From Spirochaetia bacterium (GTDB taxonomy: Bacteria > Spirochaetota > Spirochaetia > UBA9216), in NCBI GenBank assembly GCA_963677925.2, contig CAXXYH010000004.1, positions 2,208,001 through 2,272,000 on the forward strand: a stretch of 64,000 nt of DNA, in the 5' to 3' direction. The notes below the pieces were generated by a model, which saw only the letters and a program-made list of their open reading frames with translations, did not search any database and was not told where the DNA came from. The position numbers and the translations under genes are program-made. Each line of letters opens with the position of its first letter. The stretch's first letter is position 1. Shown piece by piece: positions 26,995 to 36,200 of the stretch.

Positions 26995-27735
26995 ATGAAT
27001 AGAAAAACATTGATTATAATGAGCTCAGCGCTTATTGCGTCATCGGTATGCATGTTTGCCATCCATCTTCTGATTTTCAGAGATCTGCATCACATAATGA
27101 TCTATACCATTCATGATATCGCTTTTCTGCCGATTGAAGTACTTATAGTAAGCCTGTTTTTTCACAGGATAATAGAATCCGTACAGAAAAAGAATATGCT
27201 TGAGAAGATGAACATGGCTGTCGGCCTCTTTTTCAGTGAGGGAGGGACTGAGCTTCTGACCTTGATTGTAGCTATGGATCAGGACGCTGACGAGATCAGC
27301 AGTGAGCTTATAGTTGCACCGCAATGGAAAAAGAAAGAGTATGAAACAGCTTTGAAGCGGGTTGAGAAACTCGAAGGTGATCTGCAGATTACTCCGGATA
27401 CGCTTCTTGAGATAAGGGAGCTTCTTAATTCAAGGAGGGAATTCCTGCTTTCGCTTCTTGGTAATCCTAATCTGATTGAGCATGAAACCTTTACGGATAT
27501 GGTTCTTGCGGTATTTCATCTTTCGGAGGAACTTGCTGCACGTGATGATTTTTATTTTCTTCCGGAGAGCGATCTCAGGCATCTTGATATTGATATAATG
27601 AGAGCCTATAAACTGCTGGTAAAGGAATGGCTGCGTTATATGGAAAACATACAGAGGAATTATCCCTATCTGTTTTCAATGGCTGTGAGAACCAATCCGC
27701 TTAAGAAAAATCCGGACCCTGTATTCAGGCAGTAA
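26995..27735 (+). CDS. Hypothetical membrane-anchored protein (2 TM plus helical cytoplasmic domain)
   Basis: AFLPIEVLIVS, LEKMNMAVGLFFSEGG, NPNLIEHETFTD, YPYLFSMAVRTNP look like a conserved uncharacterised family. Confidence 0.7.
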   Translation: MNRKTLIIMSSALIASSVCMFAIHLLIFRDLHHIMIYTIHDIAFLPIEVLIVSLFFHRIIESVQKKNMLEKMNMAVGLFFSEGGTELLTLIVAMDQDADEISSELIVAPQWKKKEYETALKRVEKLEGDLQITPDTLLEIRELLNSRREFLLSLLGNPNLIEHETFTDMVLAVFHLSEELAARDDFYFLPESDLRHLDIDIMRAYKLLVKEWLRYMENIQRNYPYLFSMAVRTNPLKKNPDPVFRQ

Positions 27736-28885
27736 AATCCTCAGGAAGCGGGACAGGGAGCTCAAAACTGCTTTCCATTTCATAGAACTCATGGGTTTTG
27801 GCTGATTCAAGCATCTTAATCATTACTTCAAGGGCGTGAAAGGCCATCTTTCCGCTTGCTCTTGGGGATCGCTTGTCCCTGATTGCGTAAGCCATATCTA
27901 CAAGGCCGATACCCCGGCTGTTTTTTGCATGCGATGTAGAGCTGAAGGGTTTGTTTACCGGCACTTTAATCCAAGGTTCGGGTTTTTCATCACGCGGAAA
28001 ACCGAACCAACGGTATTCCTTCTGTGTTTTCAGGAGAACCTCACCACCGAAGATGTTGGGTCCGTCAAGAGGATCCGGATCCTTCATGCAGATGGTTCCC
28101 TTAGTACCGTAAATCTCGATTCGCGGCATTTCAGAGTCCCAGACATCAAAGCTGGTGATTACAGACGCTATTGCACCGCTTGCAAATTCAAGATTTCCAA
28201 GAATATGAGTATCAACTTCTACATCAAGGATCTCTCCCTTGTAGGGACCTCCGAGAACCTCTCTGCGATTAAATGATTTTTTTGCCATTGCACTGCAGCG
28301 TTTTACAGGCCCCATCAGTGAAAACAATGCTGTAAGATAATACGGGCCCATATCAAGAAGCGGGCCTGCACCTTCTTTGAAATAGAAAAAGGGGCTGTTG
28401 TGGAAGGTGTCAATACCATGATAGAGGCAGTAGGCTCCCGCCCCGATGATATCGCCGATTTTCCCCTGATCAATTATTTCACGGCAGGTCTGAAGTCTTG
28501 CTCCAAGAAAGGTATCAGGTGCACATCCAATGTACAAGCCCTTTTCCTCCGCCAGCCGCATGGTTTCCCTTGCACTTTCAAGGTCGGTTCCAAGAGGCTT
28601 TTCGCTGTAGACATGTTTGCCGGCCTTCAGCGCAGCATTATTTATCCCGCTGTGAGCTCCGGGGACTGTAAGATTTAAAACTATATCAATATCTACATCA
28701 TTTATCAGCTCAGCGGCCGAGCCGTAGGCTCTGGGGATGCCAAGTTCTGCTGCTCTTTTCTCAGCCTTCTCTTTGCTCCTGGCCGCACAGGCAAGAACAT
28801 TTACTATGTCATACTGTTTAAGGTTGTTGATATACTTATCACTAATATCTCCAACACCGATTACACCTACATTATATTTATTCAT
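27725..28885 (-). CDS. Gfo/Idh/MocA family oxidoreductase
   Basis: VGVIGVGDIS, GKHVYSEKP, GCAPDTFLG, GPLLDMGPY; ATG 28885 follows a GAAGGAG RBS. Confidence 0.9.
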   Translation of the reverse strand: MNKYNVGVIGVGDISDKYINNLKQYDIVNVLACAARSKEKAEKRAAELGIPRAYGSAAELINDVDIDIVLNLTVPGAHSGINNAALKAGKHVYSEKPLGTDLESARETMRLAEEKGLYIGCAPDTFLGARLQTCREIIDQGKIGDIIGAGAYCLYHGIDTFHNSPFFYFKEGAGPLLDMGPYYLTALFSLMGPVKRCSAMAKKSFNRREVLGGPYKGEILDVEVDTHILGNLEFASGAIASVITSFDVWDSEMPRIEIYGTKGTICMKDPDPLDGPNIFGGEVLLKTQKEYRWFGFPRDEKPEPWIKVPVNKPFSSTSHAKNSRGIGLVDMAYAIRDKRSPRASGKMAFHALEVMIKMLESAKTHEFYEMESSFELPVPLPEDFTA

Positions 28886-28955
28886 CGTAACTCCTTCTGA
28901 CAATGATGAATGCCGTTATCTCCAATCATATATCCTGAAGGGGGCTGAACACAAA

Positions 28956-29819
28956 TTATTTCGGGCTTTTTTTAAGTCTTATTAGTTCAATATGCGGATC
29001 CGCGAAGAATCTTACCGGCATACTTGATACACCGACTCCGTTCGAGACAATCAGCCGGTTGATATCGCTGAAATAGCAGCCCCTCCAGTATTGCCGGTTC
29101 TGCAGCGGCAGTACTGGTGCATACCATCCAAGGAAGGTTATCTGCCCGCCGTGTGTATGCCCGGAAAGCATCAGGTCAACCCGTTTGTCATTCCTTATTA
29201 TCGAATACATTTCAGGCGAATGAGAAAGCAGAATGCATAGATCATCTTTTTCAACATCACTTAAGGTCAGCTGTATTCCCGGAAAATCAGTGTAATAATC
29301 CGCCAGCCCTGCAACCGTTAATTTCTGTCCGTCTATTTGAAACTGTACCGTACTGTTGTCCAGTACCTGAAACCCCATAGATTCAAGTTTGTCCCGGACA
29401 TTATAGGGGGAAACAAAATTATCGTGATTTCCCATCACTACAGCGTTTTTTAATGCAGCAAGAGGAGCCAGCTTTTCAAGCGCAGCGTCAAAATCCTCAG
29501 TATGTCCGTCAATATAGTCACCGCCCAGAAGTACAATATCCGGCTCGAGCGCCAGAATCTTTTCCACGGCCCCGGTGAAATACCCTTCAGGAAGCAGGCG
29601 GCTGATGTGGAGATCAGATACAAAGACTATTCGAATTACCTCTGATTCTTCTGCTAACTCATCAGCGTAAACAGTTGATTCTTTTACTGTGAGAATGCTT
29701 GCGCAGCCGGAAAAAATCAGGACGAATAATGCTGTTAAAATGAACTGCAGGCTGACTGGAGGTTTCAGGTACTTTGTCACGTTTCTATAGATAACATAAA
29801 ACAGCTTCAGTTTCATCAC
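28956..29819 (-). CDS. Calcineurin-like metallophosphoesterase (YkuE/YaeI family), probable lipoprotein
   Basis: SDLH, GGDY, GNHD, LSHSP, SGHTHGGQ; IFSG-C lipobox. Confidence 0.88.
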   Translation of the reverse strand: MMKLKLFYVIYRNVTKYLKPPVSLQFILTALFVLIFSGCASILTVKESTVYADELAEESEVIRIVFVSDLHISRLLPEGYFTGAVEKILALEPDIVLLGGDYIDGHTEDFDAALEKLAPLAALKNAVVMGNHDNFVSPYNVRDKLESMGFQVLDNSTVQFQIDGQKLTVAGLADYYTDFPGIQLTLSDVEKDDLCILLSHSPEMYSIIRNDKRVDLMLSGHTHGGQITFLGWYAPVLPLQNRQYWRGCYFSDINRLIVSNGVGVSSMPVRFFADPHIELIRLKKSPK

Positions 29820-29877
29820 ATTAAACGATTTTTATGGCGAAGCCCCGGCTTTTCTGATAAAATACCTCTCATTATCT

Positions 29878-31140
29878 ATGAAAATCAGAAGACAAATTTT
29901 TTCTATAATAACTATTGTTCTCGCGGTATCAGGCTGCGCCAGTTATGCAAAACTTTCGGGAATATCTGATGATTATGATTCCGCACAGGAATTTTTTGCA
30001 GCCGAAGAAATCCCTGTTTTTGAGGCCGAAAGCCGGGGAATTTATTTTGACGGAAGACAGTGGTACGAACGGAGTCTGGAACTGATAGAATCGGCAGAAG
30101 ACTATATTCTGATAAATTCCTTTCTGACAACCGAGCATGAGCACTGCCGTGAGATATTCCGCGCCCTCAAGCGTAAAATGGATGAAGGCGTACGGGTTTA
30201 CTGTATATTTGACAGCGCGTCCTCCTACAGGACCTATCCAAGGTCGACGGAGGTCATACGCGCAGCTATTCCCTATGTCCGGGAACTCGGTATTCCCTAC
30301 ACAGAATACAGCCCTATCCGGGGAAGACGTGTTCCTACTTTTCTGGGGCTCTTCGACAGAGACCACCGTAAATTCTGGATAGTAGACGGAAAGGCTGTTG
30401 TTGAGGGCGGCCAGAACATCGACTATGACAGCCTCAGTTTTCCTGAAGATGGCGGCTGCATTGATACAATGGTAGAAATTGCTTCAGCGGAGTATGTATC
30501 GATGATGCAGGATGCTTTTTTCACAAGCTGGAACCGCTACTCGGTCACAAAGCTAAATAAGGAAGATTTCAGAATAAGGGCGCCTGAAAAAGGTGAACCT
30601 GTATGGGTGTTTAATCAGGACCGCGGCGATGCTTCAACGGTGACCGCCATGTTTGACGGGCTTTTCACATATGCAGAAGATGAACTCTGGCTGGTTCAGT
30701 GCTATACCTATGTTACACCCTCACTTCTGGATAAGATAAAATTTGCCGTCGATCGGGGTGTAAAGGTAAATTTTATAATATCCGAAAACCAGATCGGTGA
30801 GAGATTTGAAAAGGCCGCATTATATTCCATTAAAACTCTGCTTGAAACCGGGGCCAATGTTTATCTTTTTAACTCACCCTACAAAGCTTTGCTGCATTAC
30901 AAGCTGATTCTGGCCGACGGCAGATACGCTTCAATCGGGTCGGCAAACTATAACTTCAGATCACAGTCTCTATCGAGAGAGCTTTCGGTCATCTCTGATG
31001 ATCCTGTCCTTGTTGAAACCGTCTCCGATAATCTTGACCAGCTTATGCTCAACTGCAGACAGGTCTACCTCGAAGAGGCGGAAAACTATCAGGGGATGAA
31101 ATATCTGCTCAATTATATTCTGATGCAGTTCTGGGGATAA
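29878..31140 (+). CDS. Phospholipase D superfamily (cardiolipin-synthase-like) lipoprotein
   Basis: Two HKD motifs (HRKFWIVDG..GGQN; HYKLILADG..GSANY); lipobox VSG-C. Confidence 0.88.
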   Translation: MKIRRQIFSIITIVLAVSGCASYAKLSGISDDYDSAQEFFAAEEIPVFEAESRGIYFDGRQWYERSLELIESAEDYILINSFLTTEHEHCREIFRALKRKMDEGVRVYCIFDSASSYRTYPRSTEVIRAAIPYVRELGIPYTEYSPIRGRRVPTFLGLFDRDHRKFWIVDGKAVVEGGQNIDYDSLSFPEDGGCIDTMVEIASAEYVSMMQDAFFTSWNRYSVTKLNKEDFRIRAPEKGEPVWVFNQDRGDASTVTAMFDGLFTYAEDELWLVQCYTYVTPSLLDKIKFAVDRGVKVNFIISENQIGERFEKAALYSIKTLLETGANVYLFNSPYKALLHYKLILADGRYASIGSANYNFRSQSLSRELSVISDDPVLVETVSDNLDQLMLNCRQVYLEEAENYQGMKYLLNYILMQFWG

Positions 31141-31141
31141 T

Positions 31142-31681
31142 ATGAGAAACAGGTTTATTATTTTAATTGCAGCAGTTCTCCTTTTTGTTTCGGCAGCTGC
31201 CGGCTTCGGTGAAACAAGCGGGTGGACTGCAGGCTTTCAGATATCATCAGAAGGTTTTACTGAGGGATTCAGTTTCGAGGACTCGGAATATGTGGGCATT
31301 GAGCTTTTTCTGGAACCCTGGAGTTTTGATTTTCTAACTCCGGCACTGAACACCGGGTTTCTTCTTCCTGTCAGTTCAACTATGTTCGCAGATTCCGTTT
31401 ATAAAGCTGAAATATCACTGGAGCTTTTTGCTCTGAAAAAACATATATTCAAGAACTTTATTGATCTTGAAAACCGCTGGGCTCCTTTAATCAGCGGCGG
31501 GATAATGTTCCCGGTAAGCAATCCTGATCAGCTGCTTCTGAATCTCGGAGTTTCTCCTTTCAGGCTGAAAACCGGATCAGGCCGCTACAGCATACTGGCT
31601 CTTGATGTCGTAACGGACACCGCGTTCAGCGGAGTTGCTTTCGGAATAAAAATCTTTGATTTCAGGTTGTTCCTGTTTTAG
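31142..31681 (+). CDS. Hypothetical secreted protein, possible small outer-membrane beta-barrel
   Basis: Signal peptide, amphipathic beta-like segments, C-terminal FDFRLFLF. Confidence 0.55.
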   Translation: MRNRFIILIAAVLLFVSAAAGFGETSGWTAGFQISSEGFTEGFSFEDSEYVGIELFLEPWSFDFLTPALNTGFLLPVSSTMFADSVYKAEISLELFALKKHIFKNFIDLENRWAPLISGGIMFPVSNPDQLLLNLGVSPFRLKTGSGRYSILALDVVTDTAFSGVAFGIKIFDFRLFLF

Positions 31682-31688
31682 GTAAGTT

Positions 31689-32225
31689 ATGAAGAGAATA
31701 CTGCTTTTAATTATATTCTGTTTATCATTCGCTTTTCCTGCCGCAGCTCAGGATATAAGCCTGACCTACGGGCCATGGTCTTTTATTTCTGAAGATGATG
31801 CGGTTTCCGGAGGGGTTTATCCATATGCCGGAATTAACTTCGGTCTGAACGACCGGCTCGAAGCCCAGATCTTTGCAATTGCAGAGGCAGCCCCGGTTCC
31901 TCTTGAAAGAATCATGATGGGAGCAGGCCTCTCTGCCGGAATTCTCGGCGGGCGCCACATAACATACTTCAATATGTATGCAGATCTTGATTTTATCTAC
32001 GGACTTCGTTTTACAGATTCCGGAGTTGAACATAACCGTTTTGCGGCATTCAGGCTGTCACCTCTGGCTATAGGCAATGATTACAACGGCTACCGGGACA
32101 GGATCTTTACTATGGGTGTTCTGTATAACTTTGACAGCGGTATGTTCTCGTTTACCTGGAATCTGCTTATTTTTGATATGTTTCTTAATACTGAATCTGT
32201 ACTTGATGAAAAAGATCGAATATAG
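31689..32225 (+). CDS. Hypothetical secreted protein, possible small outer-membrane beta-barrel
   Basis: Signal peptide ending AAA-Q; alternating hydrophobic strands (YAGINFG, MGAGLSAG, MGVLYNF, FSFTWNL). Confidence 0.55.
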   Translation: MKRILLLIIFCLSFAFPAAAQDISLTYGPWSFISEDDAVSGGVYPYAGINFGLNDRLEAQIFAIAEAAPVPLERIMMGAGLSAGILGGRHITYFNMYADLDFIYGLRFTDSGVEHNRFAAFRLSPLAIGNDYNGYRDRIFTMGVLYNFDSGMFSFTWNLLIFDMFLNTESVLDEKDRI

Positions 32226-33288
32226 GCTTTTAAAATTTATACTGCTTGGCTATATTTTTCTCTGTATAGTGATTGCCGGTCTTAATTTCGGTATGGCTCC
32301 GGGAAGCAGTAATGAGGTCTCCGGGCTGATTGCTCGGATATGGCATATCTACGAGAATCAGTTTAAAACTGTAATGCTCATAATCTCGGCCTATCTTAGT
32401 CTGCGGCTTCTGCGCAGGGAGCGGAACAGCAGAATGAGGCGGCAGAATCTTGCTGCAATTACAGTATCTGCTGTGCTGCTTCATGTCGCCGGTCCGCTTA
32501 TTGTCGGAACGGATGAACTGTACTTTTTCAGCATGCCTGTTCCCTGGTCTTCATATCCGCTCCAGATGCTGGCGGAAAGTTCAGCATTCAGGCAGAATTT
32601 TCTCAGCCACTGGGGTGTCTCATCACTGATTCCGGTCCTCGTTTTTTCCGCGGCCTATACTCTGCTTCTTTTTGCAGCAACTCTCTTATTCGGGAGGAGG
32701 GTGCAATGCAGTTTTATATGCATGTTCAACGGCTTTGTAGCTGAAGTTTTTGCTCCGGTTTTTCCTGTATTCGGAAAAAAAAGAAAGCCGGGTAAAATGT
32801 ACAGCACAGCAATGGAGCGGGGATTAAGAATATTGCGGGTACTGCTACTGCTGCTTTCGCTGCTCTTCTGCATTTTTTGGATTATTGAGATTTTACATCC
32901 CGGTAATGCATCAACAGCTTCCGTGGCCGGAAAGACTGAAACCTTTAAGTATCTTTTGATAGAGCTTTTTGCCGCCATGTTTTTCTGGCTTGTTTACAGC
33001 GGCAGAGGTTACTGCAGATACTGCCCTCTGGGTACCTTTCTGTCGCTACTTGCTAAGGCAGGCGGACAGAAAATATCAGCGCAATCCGGGTGCACCAAAT
33101 GCGGCCGCTGCGACAGTGCCTGTCCCATGGGTATCAGCATCCGTGAAAATGCGTTCGAAGCAAAACCTGTGAAAAGCCTTTCCTGTGTAGGCTGCTGTCA
33201 CTGTGTCGACGCCTGTCCAGAAAATGTACTGAAATATTCAACAGCTTTTATCGATTTCACCGGCAAAGCTGGTTCAAAAGGTCTATAA
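32206..33288 (+). CDS. Membrane polyferredoxin / 4Fe-4S binding protein (NapH/RdxA-like)
   Basis: FGRRVQCSFIC, GRGYCRYCPLG, CTKCGRCDSACP, CVGCCHCVDACP; ATG 32206 preferred. Confidence 0.82.
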   Translation: MKKIEYRLLKFILLGYIFLCIVIAGLNFGMAPGSSNEVSGLIARIWHIYENQFKTVMLIISAYLSLRLLRRERNSRMRRQNLAAITVSAVLLHVAGPLIVGTDELYFFSMPVPWSSYPLQMLAESSAFRQNFLSHWGVSSLIPVLVFSAAYTLLLFAATLLFGRRVQCSFICMFNGFVAEVFAPVFPVFGKKRKPGKMYSTAMERGLRILRVLLLLLSLLFCIFWIIEILHPGNASTASVAGKTETFKYLLIELFAAMFFWLVYSGRGYCRYCPLGTFLSLLAKAGGQKISAQSGCTKCGRCDSACPMGISIRENAFEAKPVKSLSCVGCCHCVDACPENVLKYSTAFIDFTGKAGSKGL

Positions 33289-33298
33289 TTAGGTGGAT

Positions 33299-34273
33299 AT
33301 GCGAAAGACTTATTATCTGTTTTTCCTTGAACCTGAGAATAATGCCCCCGAGATTCAGATCTTTCCCGGTCAGATGTACACGATTGGGCGTTCTCCTTCA
33401 AGCAATATTCTTCTTTCTGACAGCAATGTCTCACGAAATCACGCAAAACTCGAGTTTATAAATGGAAACTTTTACCTCACAGATCTGGAAAGTACGAATG
33501 GAACATTCGTAAATGATAAAAAGGTAAAAAAAGCGGTTCTTAACAGTCTGGACAAGCTGACCTTCGGGAAGGCTGTATTCACTTTCTGGGTTAAGCAGGA
33601 GTTTGAAAAGGGTGTCGAGGCATCGGCATCTTCAAGTTCAGGCAGGGATACTTTCAATGCCCATACAATTAACGGAGAACTCGAAGAGCTGATATCAGAG
33701 GTAAGCGATCCGCTTTTACAGCAGAAATTGAATATGATCAAACAGAAACTTTCAAATAGCAGGAAAAATCTGATGGTTATGGCATTCAGGGATGAGCTGA
33801 CCGGACTTTTTAATAGAAGATATTTTGATAAAATCCTTGCACAGGAGCTGAAAAGAGCAAACCGATACAGACGTGATATGTCACTGATTATGGTTGATAT
33901 TGATCATTTCAAAAAATTCAATGATCAGTACGGTCACCAGAAAGGTGACTCGGTATTAAGAACTGTAGGTACCATAATCAGGGAAAATGTCCGCTCAACC
34001 GATGTCGCATGCAGATACGGCGGTGAAGAGATTGCAGTCGTCCTACCCGAGCAGGATTTGAAGCAAGCCTGCATGATAGCTGAAAAGCTGCGAATTAAAC
34101 TCGAGTCACTCGCAAAGGAAATTGAGGGTGTTTCTGTTACCGCAAGTTTCGGCGTCGGTTCGGCAGGCATAAAGCAGCTGAGTGCTGAAGAGCTGATAAA
34201 AAGAACCGATACAGCGCTCTATTCCGCCAAAAAAGCCGGACGTAACTGCACGCGCTGTATGAAAGAAGGCTGA
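33299..34273 (+). CDS. FHA-domain diguanylate cyclase (GGEE-type)
   Basis: FHA motifs IGRS, VSRNHA, DLESTNGTFVN; DELTGLFNRR, DIDHFKKFND, I-site RSTD, RYGGEEI. Confidence 0.9.
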   Translation: MRKTYYLFFLEPENNAPEIQIFPGQMYTIGRSPSSNILLSDSNVSRNHAKLEFINGNFYLTDLESTNGTFVNDKKVKKAVLNSLDKLTFGKAVFTFWVKQEFEKGVEASASSSSGRDTFNAHTINGELEELISEVSDPLLQQKLNMIKQKLSNSRKNLMVMAFRDELTGLFNRRYFDKILAQELKRANRYRRDMSLIMVDIDHFKKFNDQYGHQKGDSVLRTVGTIIRENVRSTDVACRYGGEEIAVVLPEQDLKQACMIAEKLRIKLESLAKEIEGVSVTASFGVGSAGIKQLSAEELIKRTDTALYSAKKAGRNCTRCMKEG

Positions 34274-34284
34274 GAACCGGCTTT

Positions 34285-35322
34285 CTATAAAGCCGGCTGC
34301 TGCTGGGTTACACAGTGAATACCGCCGCCTCCGTGGAATATTGTAGCTGCCCTTTTAAAGGGAACTATCTCCCGATCCGGAAATACTCTGGTAAAAATCT
34401 GTATTACCTCCGAATCAGTGTTTTCCCCGAAGACAGGAAGAATCACGGCACCGTTGGCAAAGTAGAAATTCATGTAGCTTATTGCAAGCCTGCGATCTCC
34501 TTCAAACCGGGCCGGCGGCTGTGGAATCCTTATCACCTCAAGCCTTCTTCCCATAGCATCGGTACTGCTTTCAAGCACTCTTATATTTTCACGGAATATA
34601 CTATAGTTAGGATCCGCGGGATCATCGCATGAAAGATGCATAATTTTTCCCGGGGCGGCAAATGCTGTAATCACATCTATATGGCCGCCGGTCTCATCCT
34701 GATCATATCCTTCATCAAGCCAGATGACCTTTTCAGCCCCGAGGTATCTGCATAAAATTTCAGCAACCTCGGCCTCGTTTTTTCCGGAATTCCGGTTCTC
34801 ATTAAGCAGGGTGTTTCTGGTACAGATTACGGTTCCTTCCCCGTCGACATGGACTGCGCCGCCCTCGTTGAAGATCGGCGCCTTGTAGCATGGTATCTCC
34901 AGCTTCCTGCACAGACTTTCTGCAAGATGCTGATCCCTGTCCCAGTTGCAGTATTCCATGTCGCCCCAACCGTTAAATTTCCAGTCGGTACCTGCAAGAT
35001 TTTTTCCAGGGCCGACAAGGAAGCTCGGTAAAGTGTCCCTTGCCCAGGCATCATTCAGATCCTGGACAATAAGCTCAATACCTGCACCGCAGACTTTACG
35101 GGCTTCTTCGAGAGACTGTTCAGGGACAAGCATCCGCACGGGTTCGTATACTGAAATTGTCTGCGCCAGTGAGGCTATAACTTCTTTAATTTCAGCATGC
35201 CGTCCCCGCCATGCAATTTCATCATGCGGCCAGGCCATCCAGCAGCAGCTGTGGTGTTCCCATTCAGCCGGCATTCTGAAGCCGTCGTCTGCGGGTCTTA
35301 GTGTTTTCTCTGTTTTAAACAT
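34285..35322 (-). CDS. aguA: Agmatine deiminase
   Basis: FRMPAEWE, DAWARD, EGGAVHVDGEG, TGGHID, SYMNFY, GGGGIHCVTQQQP. Confidence 0.93.
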   Translation of the reverse strand: MFKTEKTLRPADDGFRMPAEWEHHSCCWMAWPHDEIAWRGRHAEIKEVIASLAQTISVYEPVRMLVPEQSLEEARKVCGAGIELIVQDLNDAWARDTLPSFLVGPGKNLAGTDWKFNGWGDMEYCNWDRDQHLAESLCRKLEIPCYKAPIFNEGGAVHVDGEGTVICTRNTLLNENRNSGKNEAEVAEILCRYLGAEKVIWLDEGYDQDETGGHIDVITAFAAPGKIMHLSCDDPADPNYSIFRENIRVLESSTDAMGRRLEVIRIPQPPARFEGDRRLAISYMNFYFANGAVILPVFGENTDSEVIQIFTRVFPDREIVPFKRAATIFHGGGGIHCVTQQQPAL

Positions 35323-35323
35323 A

Positions 35324-36175
35324 TCAGTAGCTCATCAGCCTTCCGTAATTTTCCGGTCTGCGATCCCTCAGAAGCCCCCATTCCGCCCGGTCCTGCTCAA
35401 TCTGCTTCAAGTCAAAGGAAGCGGTGAGGATAGTCTCTTCGGTTTTGTCAGCCCTTGCCTGGAACTCGGCCCGGGCACCGGCAATAAAGGATGAACCATA
35501 AAATGTCATCGTTACCCCGTCCTGGCTTTCAGTCCCTATTCTGTTAGCCGCCGCAAGCGGAACCATGTTAGCTCCGGCATGACCGCGCTGGACTGTCTGC
35601 CAGTGGTCTGATGAATCCAGTCCCGGAGTTTCAGGTTCGGAGCCGATTGCAGTGGGGTAGAAAAGAAGTTCCGCACCCATAAGCGACATCGCGCGTGCGG
35701 CTTCCGGAAACCATTGATCCCAGCAGATCCCAACACCTATCCTGGCGTATGCTGTCTGCCAGACTTTCAGCCCCAGATCTCCCGGCGAGAAGTAGAATTT
35801 CTCCTCGTAGCCTGGTCCCTGCGGAATATGATTTTTACGGTAGATGCCGAGGGTCTTTCCGTCTACGTCAATTACAGCCACGGAGTTGAAATATGCCTTT
35901 CCGGCCTTTTCAAAAAAACTGATCGGAAGAACAACTTTTTTTTTCCTGGCCATTGCCTCAAAATCAGCTCTGCCTGGATGTTCCTCCCAGCTGAAGGCGC
36001 GCGTGAATTCGCGGCCTTTCTGAGTCTTGCAGAAGTACGGGCCCTCGAAAAGTTCAGGCAGCAGAATTATCTGAGCTCCCTGCTCCGCAGCCTCTCTAAT
36101 CTTCTGCAGGGCTTTTTTTCTGTTTTCTTCAGCTGATTCTGAACAGCTCATCTGTACAGCGGCAATTTTTACCAT
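35324..36175 (-). CDS. aguB: N-carbamoylputrescine amidase
   Basis: LPELFEGPYFC, YRKNHIP, YEEKFYFSPGD, GICWDQWFPE, YPTAIGSEP. Confidence 0.93.
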   Translation of the reverse strand: MVKIAAVQMSCSESAEENRKKALQKIREAAEQGAQIILLPELFEGPYFCKTQKGREFTRAFSWEEHPGRADFEAMARKKKVVLPISFFEKAGKAYFNSVAVIDVDGKTLGIYRKNHIPQGPGYEEKFYFSPGDLGLKVWQTAYARIGVGICWDQWFPEAARAMSLMGAELLFYPTAIGSEPETPGLDSSDHWQTVQRGHAGANMVPLAAANRIGTESQDGVTMTFYGSSFIAGARAEFQARADKTEETILTASFDLKQIEQDRAEWGLLRDRRPENYGRLMSY

Positions 36176-36200
36176 CGTTTTAATCCTTTACCCCTCAGTT

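Noticed and set aside
29878-31140. PLD-family nuclease of an anti-phage system
   Set aside because: It has a lipoprotein signal and two Cls-like HKD motifs, and there are no helicase, methylase or other defence genes nearby
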